NCBI RefSeq assembly: GCF_009914755.1
Contig: NC_060925.1
Reading direction: 5' to 3' (one strand)
Source of the DNA: the human T2T-CHM13v2.0 reference genome, Homo sapiens
Length of the DNA stretch: 64,000 nt
Position numbers and translations under genes: made by a program. Under the pieces are notes generated by a model, which worked only from the letters and a program-made list of their open reading frames with translations, was not told where the DNA came from and did not search any database. Of this stretch, positions 25,586 to 41,440 are shown in pieces. Position 1 is the stretch's first letter; each line of letters starts with the position of its first letter.

Positions 25586-26540
25586 ATTGGAATCCAGCAC
25601 GGTAAACAGGCACTAAAGCTACTGCTGCTCTGGAAAGTCTATCTTATTAACTTTGAGGCTCAGTTTAAAGGGCATTATGGAGAACAGGAGCCAAGGCTTA
25701 GTACCTTCAAAAAATGGAGAGTTGGAACTGAGACCCCTGCATAAAAGTGAGACTCACAAAGAAATATGTACTCAGTGAAAGGGTAGACTAGGAAAAAAAA
25801 AAAAAAGAAAAAAGGAAACCTGCTTATCTGCAATAAAGAAAAGCAGGGAAATATGTTGGCCTTGGCCTGGGCTCATAAGATGTTAAAATCACAGATACAC
25901 CTCCCTAACCACAGGTTCAGGGTTTGAATTTATACTACCTACATGATCTTGGAAGTCTCAGTTGAAAAAATCAGTTTAAACTGGCCTCAGGTTGATACCA
26001 CCCCAGGGTACCTGGCAGAAGCAGATCTTATCGGAGGGACAGCCACCCAGGCCTCATAGGAGTGTAACAAACAAAGCCCCACTGAATACGAGATCACAAT
26101 TTGAAATTACAAACCATACTAGGAAACAAGCTACCATGAGTGAGAGCCAGCAGAAACCACAATGAACAGAATTAGACTTTACATAACAGTTATTCTATAT
26201 AAATTGTTTTAAATTTAAAAGAAATATAAGAGAAATACGAATATGGAAAAGGAATAAATAACATATAAAAAGACCAAGGAGAATGAAGAAAGAACCAAAT
26301 ACTACTTACAGAAATCAAAATATACAATCATCAAAGTTAGAAACACAGCGAATGAGTCTAAGTAGAGAAGACACAGGTAAAGAGAGAATTAAGGAAATGG
26401 AAGATAAATGTGAAGAAATTACCCAGCAAAAGGGCAGAGGCACAAATAAATGAGAAACATGAGATGTTAAGGGGACAGGAAGAAAAAACCCAATGTGAAA
26501 AAGGCAATATTTAGAGATAATGTTTCCAGAATTAAGGATA
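25420..26540 (+). mobile_element. Ancient L1 (L1ME/HAL1-like) 5'/ORF1 relic containing (AC)21 at 25539-25580
   Basis: A-rich ORF1-like tract aaagagagaattaaggaaatggaagataaatgtgaagaaattacccag; accatgagtgagagccagcagaaac. Confidence 0.6.
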
Positions 26541-26689
26541 AGAAGCTGATTAGTTTGATCTTTGAAACTACAGCACCTGGCAAGTGCCTGTTAGATGCCT
26601 AATAATGTTCTTTGAGTTGGATTGACACAAGTCCTTTAGCATTTGCTTGTCCTTTACTTCATATATTTATTCGTTTTAAAAAATATTCA

Positions 26690-27580
26690 GTAGAAATACA
26701 GAGGTGAACAAAACAAAGTTCTTCTTTGAGTTTGTGTTCTGGACAAAAATGACAAATAATAAACAAATTTACAAATTAAAATGAGATACTTTTGAATTAT
26801 AAGAAGTGCTATGAAGGAAATAAAAGGGCTACTTAATAGCAACTTGGGAATAGGATTTCACTGAAGAAGTGAGACCTCAGTAAGAAGTGAAGTGAAAGTA
26901 TTCCAAGTGAAGATACAGCACATACCAAGGCCCTGAGTGAGAAATCACTTGGTGTTTTTGAGAAAAAGAAGTCAATGGGTCTGGGCTGAGTGAGTGACAT
27001 GGAGAGTGGTATAAGATGTGGTTGGAGAGTGGTATAAGATGTGGTTTGAGAGGTAGGCAAGAACAATGGGATTTTTTTTTATTTTTAAATAAATTTGAGA
27101 GCAACAGAAAGTCATTGGAGAGTTTCAGGCACAGGAGTGATGTGCTCTGTCACCCTGGCTACTCTGGAAATAGAATGTAGTGGGGGCAAGAATGGAAGCA
27201 GGGAGTCTAGTTAGTAACTTCAGTTGTCCATGCAAGAGACAACAGCAGCTTGGGCTAGGGTGATAGCCATGAGTATGGAGAGAAGTGTATGGATTTAGAT
27301 ATGTTTTGAAAATAGAAACATTGTATTTGATGGAGACAACAGAAAAGATGAAGGAAAGGGAAGGAGGGATCAAGTATCATTCCTGTTTTCTGGATTGAGC
27401 AGCTGGGCAAACAGTGGTGCCATTTTCCAAGATGAAGAATAGAAGAGTAACGCTTGGGTAGGGGTGGGATGGGAACATGAAATAGGAGTCCTGTTCTGGA
27501 CATGTTAAGCTCAAGATGCCCATTAGATGTTCAGGTAGACAGCTGTATATGGCAATATGGATGACCTCAGGAAAATGAGC
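26690..27580 (-). mobile_element. L2 fragment
   Basis: aagtgctatgaaggaaataaa..ggaagcagggagtctagttag..ctggacatgttaag. Confidence 0.8.
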
Positions 27581-28576
27581 CCTAAACCAAGGAATGCTCA
27601 TATTTTGAGACATGTGTTTCCTTCAAGATCCACCTGTGTCATAGGCTTGAACAGGGGTATGTGTAGGGGACTGAGCACTTCCAGCTACAGATTCTCTGGG
27701 AAAAGGGCCAGTGTAGCTCTTGAGTTCAAGAAACGCTGCCTGTACCCCTGCCCAACTTAGAAGTGGAGCTTAGGTTCTTCCAGGCCTGCCTAACCCTGAT
27801 GCTTTTGGTAGCTGATGTAGTTTTAAGCCAATGTGCTTTCTGAGGGATGCCAAAAGAATGAGTATGGAAAATGACTTGGTGACAAACCCAGGCAGCTCTT
27901 CTGTGGGGAAGGGTGGAGGAGTCCTCATGCAGTCTGGCTCCCACCCATTCCCACCCACCAGCTGAGGGCATTGTATCCAAGAGATCCAAGGGAGTAGAGT
28001 CAAGAAGATGACGCATCAGGAGGTACAAAGAAAAAGGAGATCCCAGATGAGGTAATGACCAAAAAATGCCATAACCCATTACATAAGTGAAAGTGAAACC
28101 TGAGGAACAAATAAACAAAGGGTATCAGATTGATGTAAAAATACAAGAAGCTCACTCTGTGGTTGCTGACATACATCATTGTGGAAACAAAATCATGTCC
28201 AAAATGACTATGGTTAAACTTGGAACCACATGACAGGAGTTTTAGGAAGTTCCAAAAGAATCAAAAATAACTTGAACAAAGTAGCATTCTTCCCTGGGCT
28301 TATGGCTTTGAGAAAGGACAAGTGCCCCTCTGGAGAGAAGAACAACAGTCCACAGGGGACCAAGTGGCTCAAGGGAGTTCATGTGAATGAAGGAAACTAC
28401 TGTCTTTGGAATGTATTGGAAAATTGTCTGACACCTGATATTAGTCAGGATTCAGTTCTCAAGTCCATTAGATTACAGTAGGATAGTTGTTGTTGTTGTT
28501 GTTTTCTCAGCTGAATATATATATTCAGACCCACTGCAATTTCTCTCCTTTCATTCCTCAAGAAAACCAAGAATGT

Positions 28577-28869
<293 letters not shown>

Positions 28870-29639
28870 CTAAGAATGTTACTTTACACTTGTACCTAAT
28901 AACGCACTTTGCATTGGTCACTAGGAAACTCAGAACCAAATTTGTGGACTACCCTTAATGTACTAAGTACATAAAACTTTAGGTAGCATATATCTTGTGT
29001 GTTAACCTCATTACTGGCTTAATCTTATTTCTATACCCTATTTTTCTCTTATCCCCATTTTCTTTTCTTAAAAAATAGTGTATTGGACATATTATGTGTT
29101 TTGAAACAAAGTAGAATACAAATAAACAAATAAGTCGACTTTCTGTCCAAACAAGACAGCATGAAAAGCAGGAACTTGGTGGTGGTATGACGTTTCAATG
29201 AACCAAAGAGGCTCTGATTACCGTCTGTAGACACCCACGGCACAATTATTAAGTTCATTAGACAGAGAGGAATCTGGATTCAGCTGTGACAGGACAGCAA
29301 ATTAAATATACATGGACAAAAGGAGGAGGCATTCAAGGTAAGATGTGCAGAGCCAACAAAAACAATCAAATGCGTAATTCTAACTCCTGTATGGGTTGAT
29401 TTCCATGTGGGCCAGGGAAGCCTTCCAGGACAACCTCCTTTGGCCTGCCTGGGTGGTTACCTCTTATAGAAACTCAGCTGTATCTTGGGCATGGCTGGTC
29501 TGTCAGCTTTTACCCATGGGGAATAGCCAAACTCTTGTCTAGATGAGTGGGTTAAAAACCACCTCTGATCTCTGGAAAGGTTACTTTGCCTACCTTCTGG
29601 TCATTTATTTACATTTCGTAGTCTTCATTATTTATTTAT

Positions 29640-30400
29640 TTATTTTTACAATTACAAAAATAATTAAAAAATAAAACTACAGCAGTAATATAAAGGCAAT
29701 AACAATTCAAATAATATCAAAATACATAAAATATAAAATCAAGCTTCCCTTTCTTTCCCTCTATTCTCCCATTCCATTGCTCCTCTCCCATTCCTCACGA
29801 GTAACCACTGGCAGTTGTTCAGTATGAATCCTTCTGGATCTTTCCTATGCACATTTAGACGTATTTACACATACACATACCATAAAAAGTCTGTGTATAG
29901 CTTTGTTTTTTAAAAAAGAATTTTTCTACTCACATTTTTCTGTAACTGGTTTTTGTAACTAATATATTGTAGATTCTACTTATATACAGACCAACCACAC
30001 TCTTTTTAATGGCTGTAGAGTGAATCATGAAATCATAGTAAAAATATACATTAATGTATTCAGCCTAGTAAGTAGCATTTACATTGTTTCTAATATTTTG
30101 ATAGAATAAATTAATACTGCATCAGATTCTTATGCCTGTGTCCTTTGGCTCTTATTTCTAACAGTAGAACAGCTGAGTTAAAGAGTATACATGTTGAATT
30201 TTGATAGGCACTGCCACACTGCTTTCCAGAAAGATTGACCAATTACCATTCTACCAACAAAGATTGTCCTTTGTTCACATTCTCACCAACAGTGGACACT
30301 GTCAGTGTTTTTAATTTTGACAGAACTGATTGGCAAGAGCATGCTATTTATTTTGATTTATAGTTACCTGATCAGTAGTAAGATTGAGCTCATTTTCAGT
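29640..30400 (-). mobile_element. L1ME-type 3' fragment
   Basis: gtaaccactg..tttttaatggctgtagag..tttgataggcactgccacactgctttccagaaag..cattctcaccaaca. Confidence 0.7.
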
Positions 30401-30662
30401 CTCTCCTTTTACTATGGCTACAATAAAAGAGCTGAAAGTGTGGTTTTTGATTTATTTCTTTTAGATATAAATGACCAATCCAAATAGTGATATTTTGAAC
30501 TACTAATTTCTAAGAAGATTCACATTGGAATGTTACATATCTCCATATTAGGAAAATCAGTCATAATTGAACTCCCAAAGTCAAATTACATCTGATGTTT
30601 ATTCTGGGATTCATATAATTGTTTTTGGCCAAAAGTATTGAAAGATGCCAGAACTATATTCT

Positions 30663-30850
30663 TTTTTTACTTTTGTTTCCTTTATTTCTTCTAAAAAAAA
30701 AAAAAACAACAAACTTAGGATACATGTGCAGAACATGTAGGTTTGTTACATAGGTATACGTGTGCCATGGTGGTTTGCTGCACCTATTGACCCGTCCTCT
30801 AAGTTCCCTCCCCTGACTCCCCACCCCCATACAGGCCCTGGTATGTGTTG
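30663..30850 (-). mobile_element. 5'-truncated L1PA8-like insertion (188 bp)
   Basis: tttatttcttctaaaaa..ggatacatgtgcagaac..cacctattgacccgtcctctaag; perfect 16-bp TSD gccagaactatattct (30647-30662 / 30851-30866). Confidence 0.9.
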
Positions 30851-31589
30851 GCCAGAACTATATTCTGTTGATTTTGTACCAAATTTATCACACTAGGAGT
30901 TGCAAGTAACAGAAAGAACTGTGACCAAACTATGGAAAAAGAAATTTATTAGGAGACTATTTGGAGTCCATTGTTGTGCTAATTAATGGGTGACTGGTCA
31001 CCAGGAACCACTACCGCAGTCTCATAGCAGGCATGGTATGGCTGGTAGGTCACCTCCACACAGCAAATGTTTTAAGTTTCTTGGTCTCTGTGCTCAAGAG
31101 TTTAATTCTAGGGGGAAAGCATTTGATTGGCCTAATGTGGGCCTCAAGGGAAGGAAGGCTTTTAATGACAGCCCCCAAAGACTAAATCCAACGGGAAAGA
31201 GATCTTCCTTTAAAAGGAAATTGGGGTATTGTTAGGATGTGAAATGGATGCTGGTCAGAAAAAACAAAACAAACCAAACCAAATTATCCCTACACTAAAC
31301 TTACCAATTGCCTTTTCTTCTCTTTACCTTGTAAACCTGTCAGTGCCCAGTCACTGTAGACAACCTCACCGGCAACATGCTGCCCACACCTAGAATAGGA
31401 GCCCATGGGGCAGAATAATGGAGACCGTCCCATTCCTTACAGTTTGTATAATGCTTGCTCAAGTATATTGAACTCTGCCAGTCCTGGAATCAAAACATTT
31501 TAGTCTTAGAACAAGAACTGAGAGGTTTTCATATTGACTTTCACTCATTCTCCATTCTCCTTAATTCTCCTCAAATGCATAGAAATCCT

Positions 31590-32340
31590 GTGTTTCATGT
31601 GTTCATTCATTCTTCTATGCAACCACTATTTATGGATGGCAACCCTGTGCTAGACATTGTTCTAGGTGCTGAGGAAACAAAAGTGAAGTGGAAAGACATA
31701 TCTGCCCTGGTGAGGCTGGAAGGAGCAAGCAAGGCTGGAGTTGGACTTTAGATCTTATCTGAAATGCAATAGGAAGCCACTCAAAGCTTTTGGGCAGGCA
31801 AGAAACATGATCAGATCATATTTTTAGACACATTATGCAAACTGGTATATAGAGAATGGACTGCAAGGAGAAATGAACCAGGCCAAGAGGCCAGTCAGAG
31901 GACCAGTGTAGTAGCTAGATGAAAAAAAAAGATGGTAGCCTGGACTAGTTTGGTGGCCAAAGAGATAAAGAGATGTGGACAGAATGAAGAGATATTTCTG
32001 AGGCAAAATGAACGGGGTGGGGTAGGGGGAGTGGTGGTAGTACAGGAAAGAAAAGAGTCAAAGATAACTGATTTTTCTGGCATGAGTGACCAAGTAAATG
32101 GTGACTACAATGGGTAACCCAAGAGGCCTTGGCTAGAGGGCAAGCAGAGTAAAGGATGAATTACCTTTGGGTCAGTCTGAGCACATGTGCAATTCTCATG
32201 TCAAGTATGGAGTAGACTGTCTAAATCTGAAGCTCAGGAGAGAGATCCAGCATGTGAAGTCACCAGTGGCTACAAGGCCAAGGAGTTAGAAGACACTGCC
32301 CAAGGAGAGTACAGATTGAACAGAGAGGGATATCAACACT
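31590..32340 (-). mobile_element. L2 fragment
   Basis: ttcattcattc..ttctaggtgctgagga..gcaataggaagccact..ctgaagctcaggagagagat. Confidence 0.75.
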
Positions 32341-33085
32341 GGACTTACATATTTTAAATGAAGAAACTCCGGAATATTTTGCCTCAAAAACTGTGACTTC
32401 TGTATTCCACGGACCACTACATTAATTTTTCTCTTCTATTGCAGCTTTTTATAGTCTTCAACAACAACCAGTCCCTACATTTAAGAAGGTTAATAACTGA
32501 GACAGCCTTCCTGGTGGATCCATCATTTGGCCCAGCTTGTAGAAAGATTCCCAACTAGCTCTAATTAGTTCCATCTTATTTGGAGGCAGAGGTATTCCTC
32601 ATCATACCCATATCCTCATATAAATTGTCCAGGTAAGTTGCCCACCTTTATTTCAAGGGCTTAGAGATATGCAGGGCCACTGGACCCAGGACTGCACAGG
32701 GTATGGGGTGGTGATGGTGGTAAGGTGGAGCTTACCTTTAAAGACAGCCCAGCCCTGACTGAGTCCCTTCTACTCTATTCCTTATTCCTCATGGCAGATT
32801 TAAGGACCCCACTCCCTCTACCCAGTCCTCTCTGGTCCTACTTGCCCCTCTCCTGGCTGTCTTCCTTACCCTAGGGCTAAATTATACAGTCATTGGATAT
32901 GGAAAGATTGTACTTTGAGTCTTTATTTCTGTTCCCATCTGAAGTGCCCTAGGTACCAGGGAGAAAGAAGACGAAGAAGGACATATACCAGAAGCACATT
33001 AATAGGCTGCTGAAAAACTCTGCCACACTTTCAGATGACAGGTCACCTACAGATAAATGATTCAAGGATCAACCAAGTTCTGAAG

Positions 33086-33390
<305 letters not shown>

Positions 33391-35439
33391 AGTTCTTAAT
33401 ACTGCCAGGAGTGCTTTAGAAGGCTGGGAATATGGGGCGAAAGATTAGACACCCAAGCTGTTGAAAACCACACAGAGTTTCAGTAAATATATGCACAATT
33501 TGAAAAATATATTTGCAAAAATCTAGGTGTCTCCGGTCTAGTCCTTCCTATTAATCAAATAAATTACCGAGCTTCATGGCCCAGTCTATGATCCTAGTTC
33601 TGACCGCTGCTGCCCGTAAAGGCCTCAATGAATTCCTCTCTGAGCTTCCAGACTTCCTTGGCTGGTGACTTGTTCCTCTTGGGACAGCTTTTGCTTGAGC
33701 TGAGCAGCCTGGCCCCCAGCTGTGCAGGGCCCTCTCTCCGGTGAGAGGAAACGCTTTCAGCTTAGTCTGTTAACACAAACATTCAAAAGCAAACATTCAA
33801 AAGCCACAGATCATGTTCGCATAAATAAAATAGGATTGAGAAAAGCTTTGCCCCAAGAAACCAAAGGGGTGTTTAAAAAACAGCTCTTGCTTTCCAAGTA
33901 GGCAGGCAGCAAAGCCACAGCAATTCCAAAGGTTTGTGTGCTTGGTAGAGCTGGGTGGCTGCAGCCGCAGGCCTTTGAAGAGGAAATGCCATCCCTGGTA
34001 CAGGCAGGCGGCCAACCCATGAGTCCTGAAAGTACCAGAGAGAAGCAGAAAGCAGGGGAGCACAGTTAGGAAGTGAAAAGGGAGAGGAAGGCACCAAGGA
34101 GATAAATGAGGAGACTCTTCTTATCTAGAGTTCCCACCCCAGACCTAAGAGCTACAGGACAGAGGAACTCACTGTGCCTGACAGAGCTGGGGCCTGGTGA
34201 GTCCTAGGTGGCGGGCACAGCCCAGAGTGACTAAGGCTGTGAGGAGGGGTGTGCGCCGTCACTGAGGGGTGGAGAGGGGTGGTGGTGTCTGGGCTGGGAG
34301 ATGCCTTTGCTTTGAAAGCTTTGGAGGAAATTAACTTTACAAGGTGCCTCCCTGTCTCCCAGAGTTATTAAAAGAAAGGAGGGAGCAAAGAAGAAATGGA
34401 AAAATGGTAATACCTCAGGAAGGGCTGTGTGATCCCAACTGGAGGAAATGGGAGGCAGATGAAGTGACGAATGTGCAACCTCTCCTAAGGGAGGAAGAGC
34501 TCTGAATGTGACCTTGTGCAAATGGAAAAAAAAAAAAAAAAACAAACAAAAACACACACAAATCCAACAAGAGCCAGTGTGACTAACGAGAAAACACACA
34601 CACATGCAAACACACACACATACAGCCCTTTGAAGATCTAGAAATGAGTGACTAATTAAATAGCCTAAAAACCTCCAAGTGCATAAAGTTTCTGTCAGTA
34701 CTCCTGTTTCAATAAAGCAGCAGTGAAAGCCCATAGAATGGCAGGAGTGGATGAGTTACTATAAATCATGGGGTCACCAGAAGGTATAAATCTGGGAGTC
34801 TTTGAGAGTCATTATAGTTTGGGCTCATAGATAGATATCTAGGCATTGATTGCTCTTTCACCGATAAAGAAAACAAAGTACTGGATCTAAAAATTCTTCT
34901 AAAAAAAGAGAATTCAACTGAAGCTACATATTTCATGGAGCATGAAGCCAGCTGTTTTCCTGCATGTTAAAAAATAAGTATTTAATTAAAAAAAAAAAGA
35001 CCTCTTGCCTGACCATAACCAGATCAGGCAAGGCCACCTTGCCTATGAAGGCTAGAGTGTCCGTTATGACCTTGCATGTGTTGGTTTGCGCAGTTTCTGT
35101 TCTGAGGTATGTCAGTGAGGATACTCAGTGGTGTTGTCAGGACAAGGTTAGGACACTGTATTTAAAAGTTGAATAATTTCCTAAATATCTTTTAATCTCT
35201 CCTTGATCCATATTAAGCTCACTAATATTTTCAGTCTATATCAATCTCTTGAGTACTAGGTTCCATAAGGTTACTGCTTCATTCACTTTCTACATTTTTG
35301 TGTATCCTGAAGTTACTTTAGCTACATTTCTAGAGAAGCCCTCATGCTCTACCATTCTCAGATTTAATAAATTGGCTGATAGAAACAAGATCCCCCCAAA
35401 AATCTCAACAGACTGGAATGATAAAAAGGATTAAGAATA

Positions 35440-36428
<989 letters not shown>

Positions 36429-37895
36429 TTTAATATCCTCACCCTTCATTCACCAACTGGGCAATCCCTAAAAAAGCCATTTATCTCTTTAAGCTTTAAT
36501 ATTCTTTTCAATAAAAACATTACCTGCGCCTTCACAGGTTTGATCCTTTCAATGAAAGTCAAAACCTGTGACTTCACAGGTTTGATGTGAAATACTAGTT
36601 ATATTCTTCTAGGACTCATAATAATAATGTTTATTAAAATAAAAAATGTTAATGAAACACCTAAAAATCAATTTGCCTGTCTCCTGACGCACATTGCGAG
36701 GCCCTGACTAATTGATCTTTATGGTTCTTTTGGTTCTAAAAGTCTACAGATCCTGTGGTTCTGCAGATTTCAATTATAGAAGACAGGACTTCGGAAAACA
36801 TGAAAAGACCACTTAAAAGAGGTGCTCATTTGAATTTCCTCACATCATCTATATCACGTGGGAAACTTTGTTGTTGTTGCAAATGAGAGAAGAGCATTCC
36901 AGAATGACTACAAAATACGAGCAAAATGTTGTTATTAGGATCCATCTCTCAGCTCTGCTTCTAGGTTGATTTTCAGGCTAGCTCTCCCTGTGGCACCAAA
37001 AATGATTACAGTAGTTCTAAAGCTCACGTCCCTCCATATAAGTAAGCCCAATGAAGAAGAGAAGGTTGAGTTCTAGCATTTCTAGCAAAAATCTAAAAGC
37101 TCTCTTTGGTATGGATTTACATTTCCACCCCTGAATCCATTACTGTGGCTAAGAAGACAGAAATGGAAAGGGGGGTATCAATCCAACCAAACAATATAGT
37201 TGAGAATGAGTGGAAGTGGTTCTCAAAAGAAATTTTGAATACCAGATAGAAGGAGCAGGCAGTGGTGAACAACAGTCTAGCCTTTGGCTGCCTAACATCA
37301 ATCTATAACTTCCACACATACAACAGTCATATTCCTTCCCCAAAGGGAAATAATATGAAATCTCATCTGGTTACTGAAGCTAGATCCAAGTCCAGTATTT
37401 CTATGTTGATGTGTAAATCATGTCAAGTGATTCTTTGTCGTTCAGTGATATGTGGGTAAATAATTTTAACCACACCCTATATATAATAAGAGAGAGAAGA
37501 CAGAATTGCAATAAAAATTCCTAATTGCAAAGAGAAGAATGTGAAACATCCAATGGCCATCAGTCCTTGTACATACTACAGTCTTTGTGGACATAAATGG
37601 CCAAGACTTGCGTTTTGCAGTGACATGAAGAACTGGGGCTGTCTTGCTTTCACTCTCCTAGAGGATCTCCCTTGTCTACTATTATTTCTGTGTGAGAGCC
37701 TCTTCAGAGGGCTGCACGGCTTCAGCAGCCCGCTGCTTGTTGGTGTAAATAGAGGTATATGTATGATGGGGGCTAGGACTCTGAGGACTGATTTAGGGGT
37801 TGGGCAATCATGGAGTATTGTTTTCAGAGTTGGGGGTTTCTCCGTGACAGAAATCCCTCATGATTTTAGTTGGCTCCCATCTATATGTTTCTGGT

Positions 37896-38306
37896 TGTGA
37901 TGGTTAATTTTATGTATCAACTTGACTAGGCCACAAGGTGCCCAAATATTTGGTCAAGCATTATTCTGCGGTTTCTGTGAGAGTACTTTTGGAAGATATT
38001 AGGATTTAAATTGGAAGACTGAGTGAAGCAGACTGCCTTCCCTAACATAGGTGGGCCTCATTCAAACAGTTCAAGATCCATATAGAACAAAAATGCAGAC
38101 CATCTCTCAAGTGAGAGGATTCTTCCTTCCTGACAGTCTTTGAACAGAAACATCAGCTCTCAAGGGTCTCCAGCTTGCCAATAAACCCTCATCTTGGGAC
38201 GTGGTAGCCTCCATAATTGTATGAGCCAATTCCTTATAATCAATCTCTTTCTCTCCATATATATAAATCTTATTGGTTCTGTTTTTCTGGAGAACCCCAA
38301 CCAACA
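37896..38306 (+). mobile_element. MLT2 (ERVL) solo LTR
   Basis: tgtgatggttaattttatgtatcaacttgactagg..ggttctgtttttctggagaaccc; 5-bp TSD CTGGT on both sides. Confidence 0.9.
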
Positions 38307-41028
38307 CTGGTCAATTTGACGGGTTGGTAATAAAAGTTAGAGATCTACTTGATTTTATTTTAAAATTATTATCTACAATACAGGTTTCAGATGGCTATTA
38401 ATTAATGGCTCCATAGTGGCCTCTGTTTCAGGTCAATACAAAACAAAAAGCTGGAGAGGGGAGGAACAGCTGCTTTCCCTTTGCTGGAAGGCTACAGGCC
38501 AGCTGCATCTTTTCAAGGGGCATGGATGTCCCATTTGACAGGGTAGAAGGGTATAACAAGAGGATTACAGAAGAGACCTGGGGGAAATCACACTTATCCC
38601 AGGCGCCCATCTTGCCTTACTGCACTTCTCCCTTCTCCCTCTTTTACTCAAATTAACTTAACTTTAGGAAGGAATATGGCTTTTCCATCCAGTCAAAGAT
38701 TCAGATCACTGCTCTCAGTCAACTTGGATTGTAGGATACAGGAGGAAAGTGCTTCTCATAGCAAACTTGATTTCATTCTTTTTTGGATTTTAAAGGCTTC
38801 AGTTTCAAAGTAAACCAGTCTCTTGCAAGATTTACAAAGGCTTCATACTGTAACCAATATGTTCCTATGGTTTGAATGTTTTGTCCAAGTCCCTTAGTGC
38901 TGCAGCCTAGGAGGCATATGGGTTGAAGGCACTAATATACATTAGACAGTAGAATAACCAACCATTATACTGCTACAAAATAACAACTGCCAATGGCCAA
39001 CTGTGGTAAAGACTATTACTTGTCCTACAATAAGCATTTAATACTCCCCCTTAGTAAGAAGATCCACATTTTTTAGTTAGGCACATTGCTATGCAGAATA
39101 GAGTTCTTTCCATTCCCTTGCAAGTAAGTGTGGCCACAAGGCCAAGTTCTACAAATGGGATGTAAAGAGAATATTATAAAGTACAGAATATTATAAAGTA
39201 TTTTTGGGTGAGCTAAGTTACAGGATTTTAAATAAAGTACTTTTTGATGGGCTAAAGTAGCTAAGAATTAACTTGTTTTCCATCACATTCCTCAGGAACA
39301 TATATATTGGTCAGGGGAAAGGAGAATTTGATAGCTTAAAAAATAAAACATCAAACCAATCCTTACAGATGCTCTCCTTGCCACTTAGAAAAGTGAGAAA
39401 AGAACATCTGGATCGTTCTCTCCCTTTGGTCCACACACAGGTCAGCTGCAAACAGTAGCTTCCTTCTTACAGAGTCCATCATCTGAAAGACTGGATGCCC
39501 ACTCTCACTTGGCTTTCCTCATCACCTCAAGCTTTCCATTTCCCGTGCTTGGAAGTTTTGTTTGTGAGGGTCCAAAAGTGGCAGAAACTATTTACAGGCT
39601 TCCAAACTGCATTAGCTACAGAGGCCAAGGATGTTGGCTGAACAACTGACCAACCTTTCCAGGGAAAGATCTGAAGCAGAGAATTTGAAAAACACCTTCC
39701 AATCTGTCAGGAACATGGAAAAAGTTGCTGTCTCTTTTTTGTTGGCAAAAGCCCTAAAAGCACAGCATCACAGCATCTGGTTAACCAACCACCAATACTT
39801 CAAGCCTCTACTGTTTTTCTTTAGGAACACAGAACGGCACAGTCAAGTGTAGGACCACAGGGCTCTAGGAAAAATTGGAAGTTATTGGGCTTTAGGGACT
39901 GTCTTTGCACCAGAGATTCATACCATATGGACTTTAACTAGAATCAACTGTTGAAGAAGCCAAAAGAAATTGTGATACCAAGAGGTGGTGTGTGACAATC
40001 TCTTCTCACAGTAAAAATAACCCAGAGTGCTTAGCAGAAACTTGGGATGAGTAAAATTTTCTGAAATAAAAAATGAAACCATTACTTGATAGTCTCCGTA
40101 CTACCTGAGGGAGACAGGCAACTTCCTTTTTAAACAATTACATGGCCCAGTTTACTTCTCCTTTGTTGTATAGTTCAGAGCATGAACACTTGCTTCTATC
40201 CCATGAACTTAAGGCTCACATTTTTCAAGGCCTTTAATTTGTCTGCTTTGGTGTTTTCATGGATGTTCTCCAACCACTCCATTTCCATTTATGAGGGTAT
40301 GCCCAAGATTTCCAACAGGTCTTATTTCCAGTAAGAAATTATACTTCTCATGTGGTTATCGTAACTCACCCCCCGAGCTAGACTCCCTAAATTTGTCCTG
40401 CCCAACAACTACAGGTGAATTCACCAGCATGCCAAACACATGTTCTTACTGCAGCTCAATATAATGTCAACGTGATAGTCATTAACAGTGGTCTTTGCAT
40501 CCTCATATCCTTTCCATGTGGGCCCCCTTCACCAGGTAATCCTGGATAGCTATGTTACCTGAAGTCTGCTGCAACAGCTTTGAGGAGTACTCAATTCAGC
40601 AGTGCATAACTCACAATGGACAATGAAACAAACTTGATACTAATATCCTGGAACCCACTGAAAGACACTCGTGTTAGCATTATCAGTTGGTTTCAAACTA
40701 ATTGAAGTAAGTGATTGAAGCTGTTATGCCCAAACCACCAAAGTATGTAAAATGCATAAAAGATTCAAGACAGGAGCTAAACATGCTAGGAGAAACAGCC
40801 TGCTGTCCACCACTGAAGAGAAAAGCCTCTAAGAAAAGCAACTTCACAAATTATGAAGAAACCACCCTTTTACAAAAAGTTAGAATATTAAAATAATTAT
40901 TTCAATTTTAAATGGCAGTAAACTATGGCATCCACTCAAATTATCACAAAAACAATATGAATTCAGGATGGCCTAATGACTGGGATAGAGCCCACCCAGG
41001 AGGCCATGCAGCCTAACGATTAAGGTCT

Positions 41029-41440
41029 TGATATGGTTTGGATCTGTCTCCCTACCAAATCTCATGTCGAGATGTAATCCCCAATGATGGAGGTGGGGCT
41101 TAGTGGTAGGTGATTGGATCATGGGAGTGGTCTTTCATGAACGGTTTAGTACCATCTCTTGGGGCTGTTCTCATGACAGTGAATCTCATAAGATCTGGTT
41201 GTTTAAAAGTGTGTAGCACCTCCACCCCCAGCGCCCCTTGCTCCTGCTCTGGCCACGCATGATGAGCCTGCTTCCCCTTCGCCTTCTGCCATGATTGAAA
41301 GTTTCCTGAGGCCTACCCAGAGGCCAAGCAGATGTCAGCATCATGCTTCCTGTACAGCCTGCGGAACTGTGAGCCAATTACACCTCTTTTCTTTTTAAAT
41401 TACCCAGTCTCAGGTACCTCCTTATTAGGTATTTCTTTAC
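41029..41440 (+). mobile_element. MSTA-type MaLR LTR inserted in a MIR
   Basis: tgatatggtttggatctg..aaattacccagtctcaggta; MIR core resumes at ~41460. Confidence 0.88.

Noticed and set aside
27456-27473. G-quadruplex motif GGGTAGGGGTGGGATGGG
   Set aside because: Lies in a decayed L2; such motifs are common and there is no functional context
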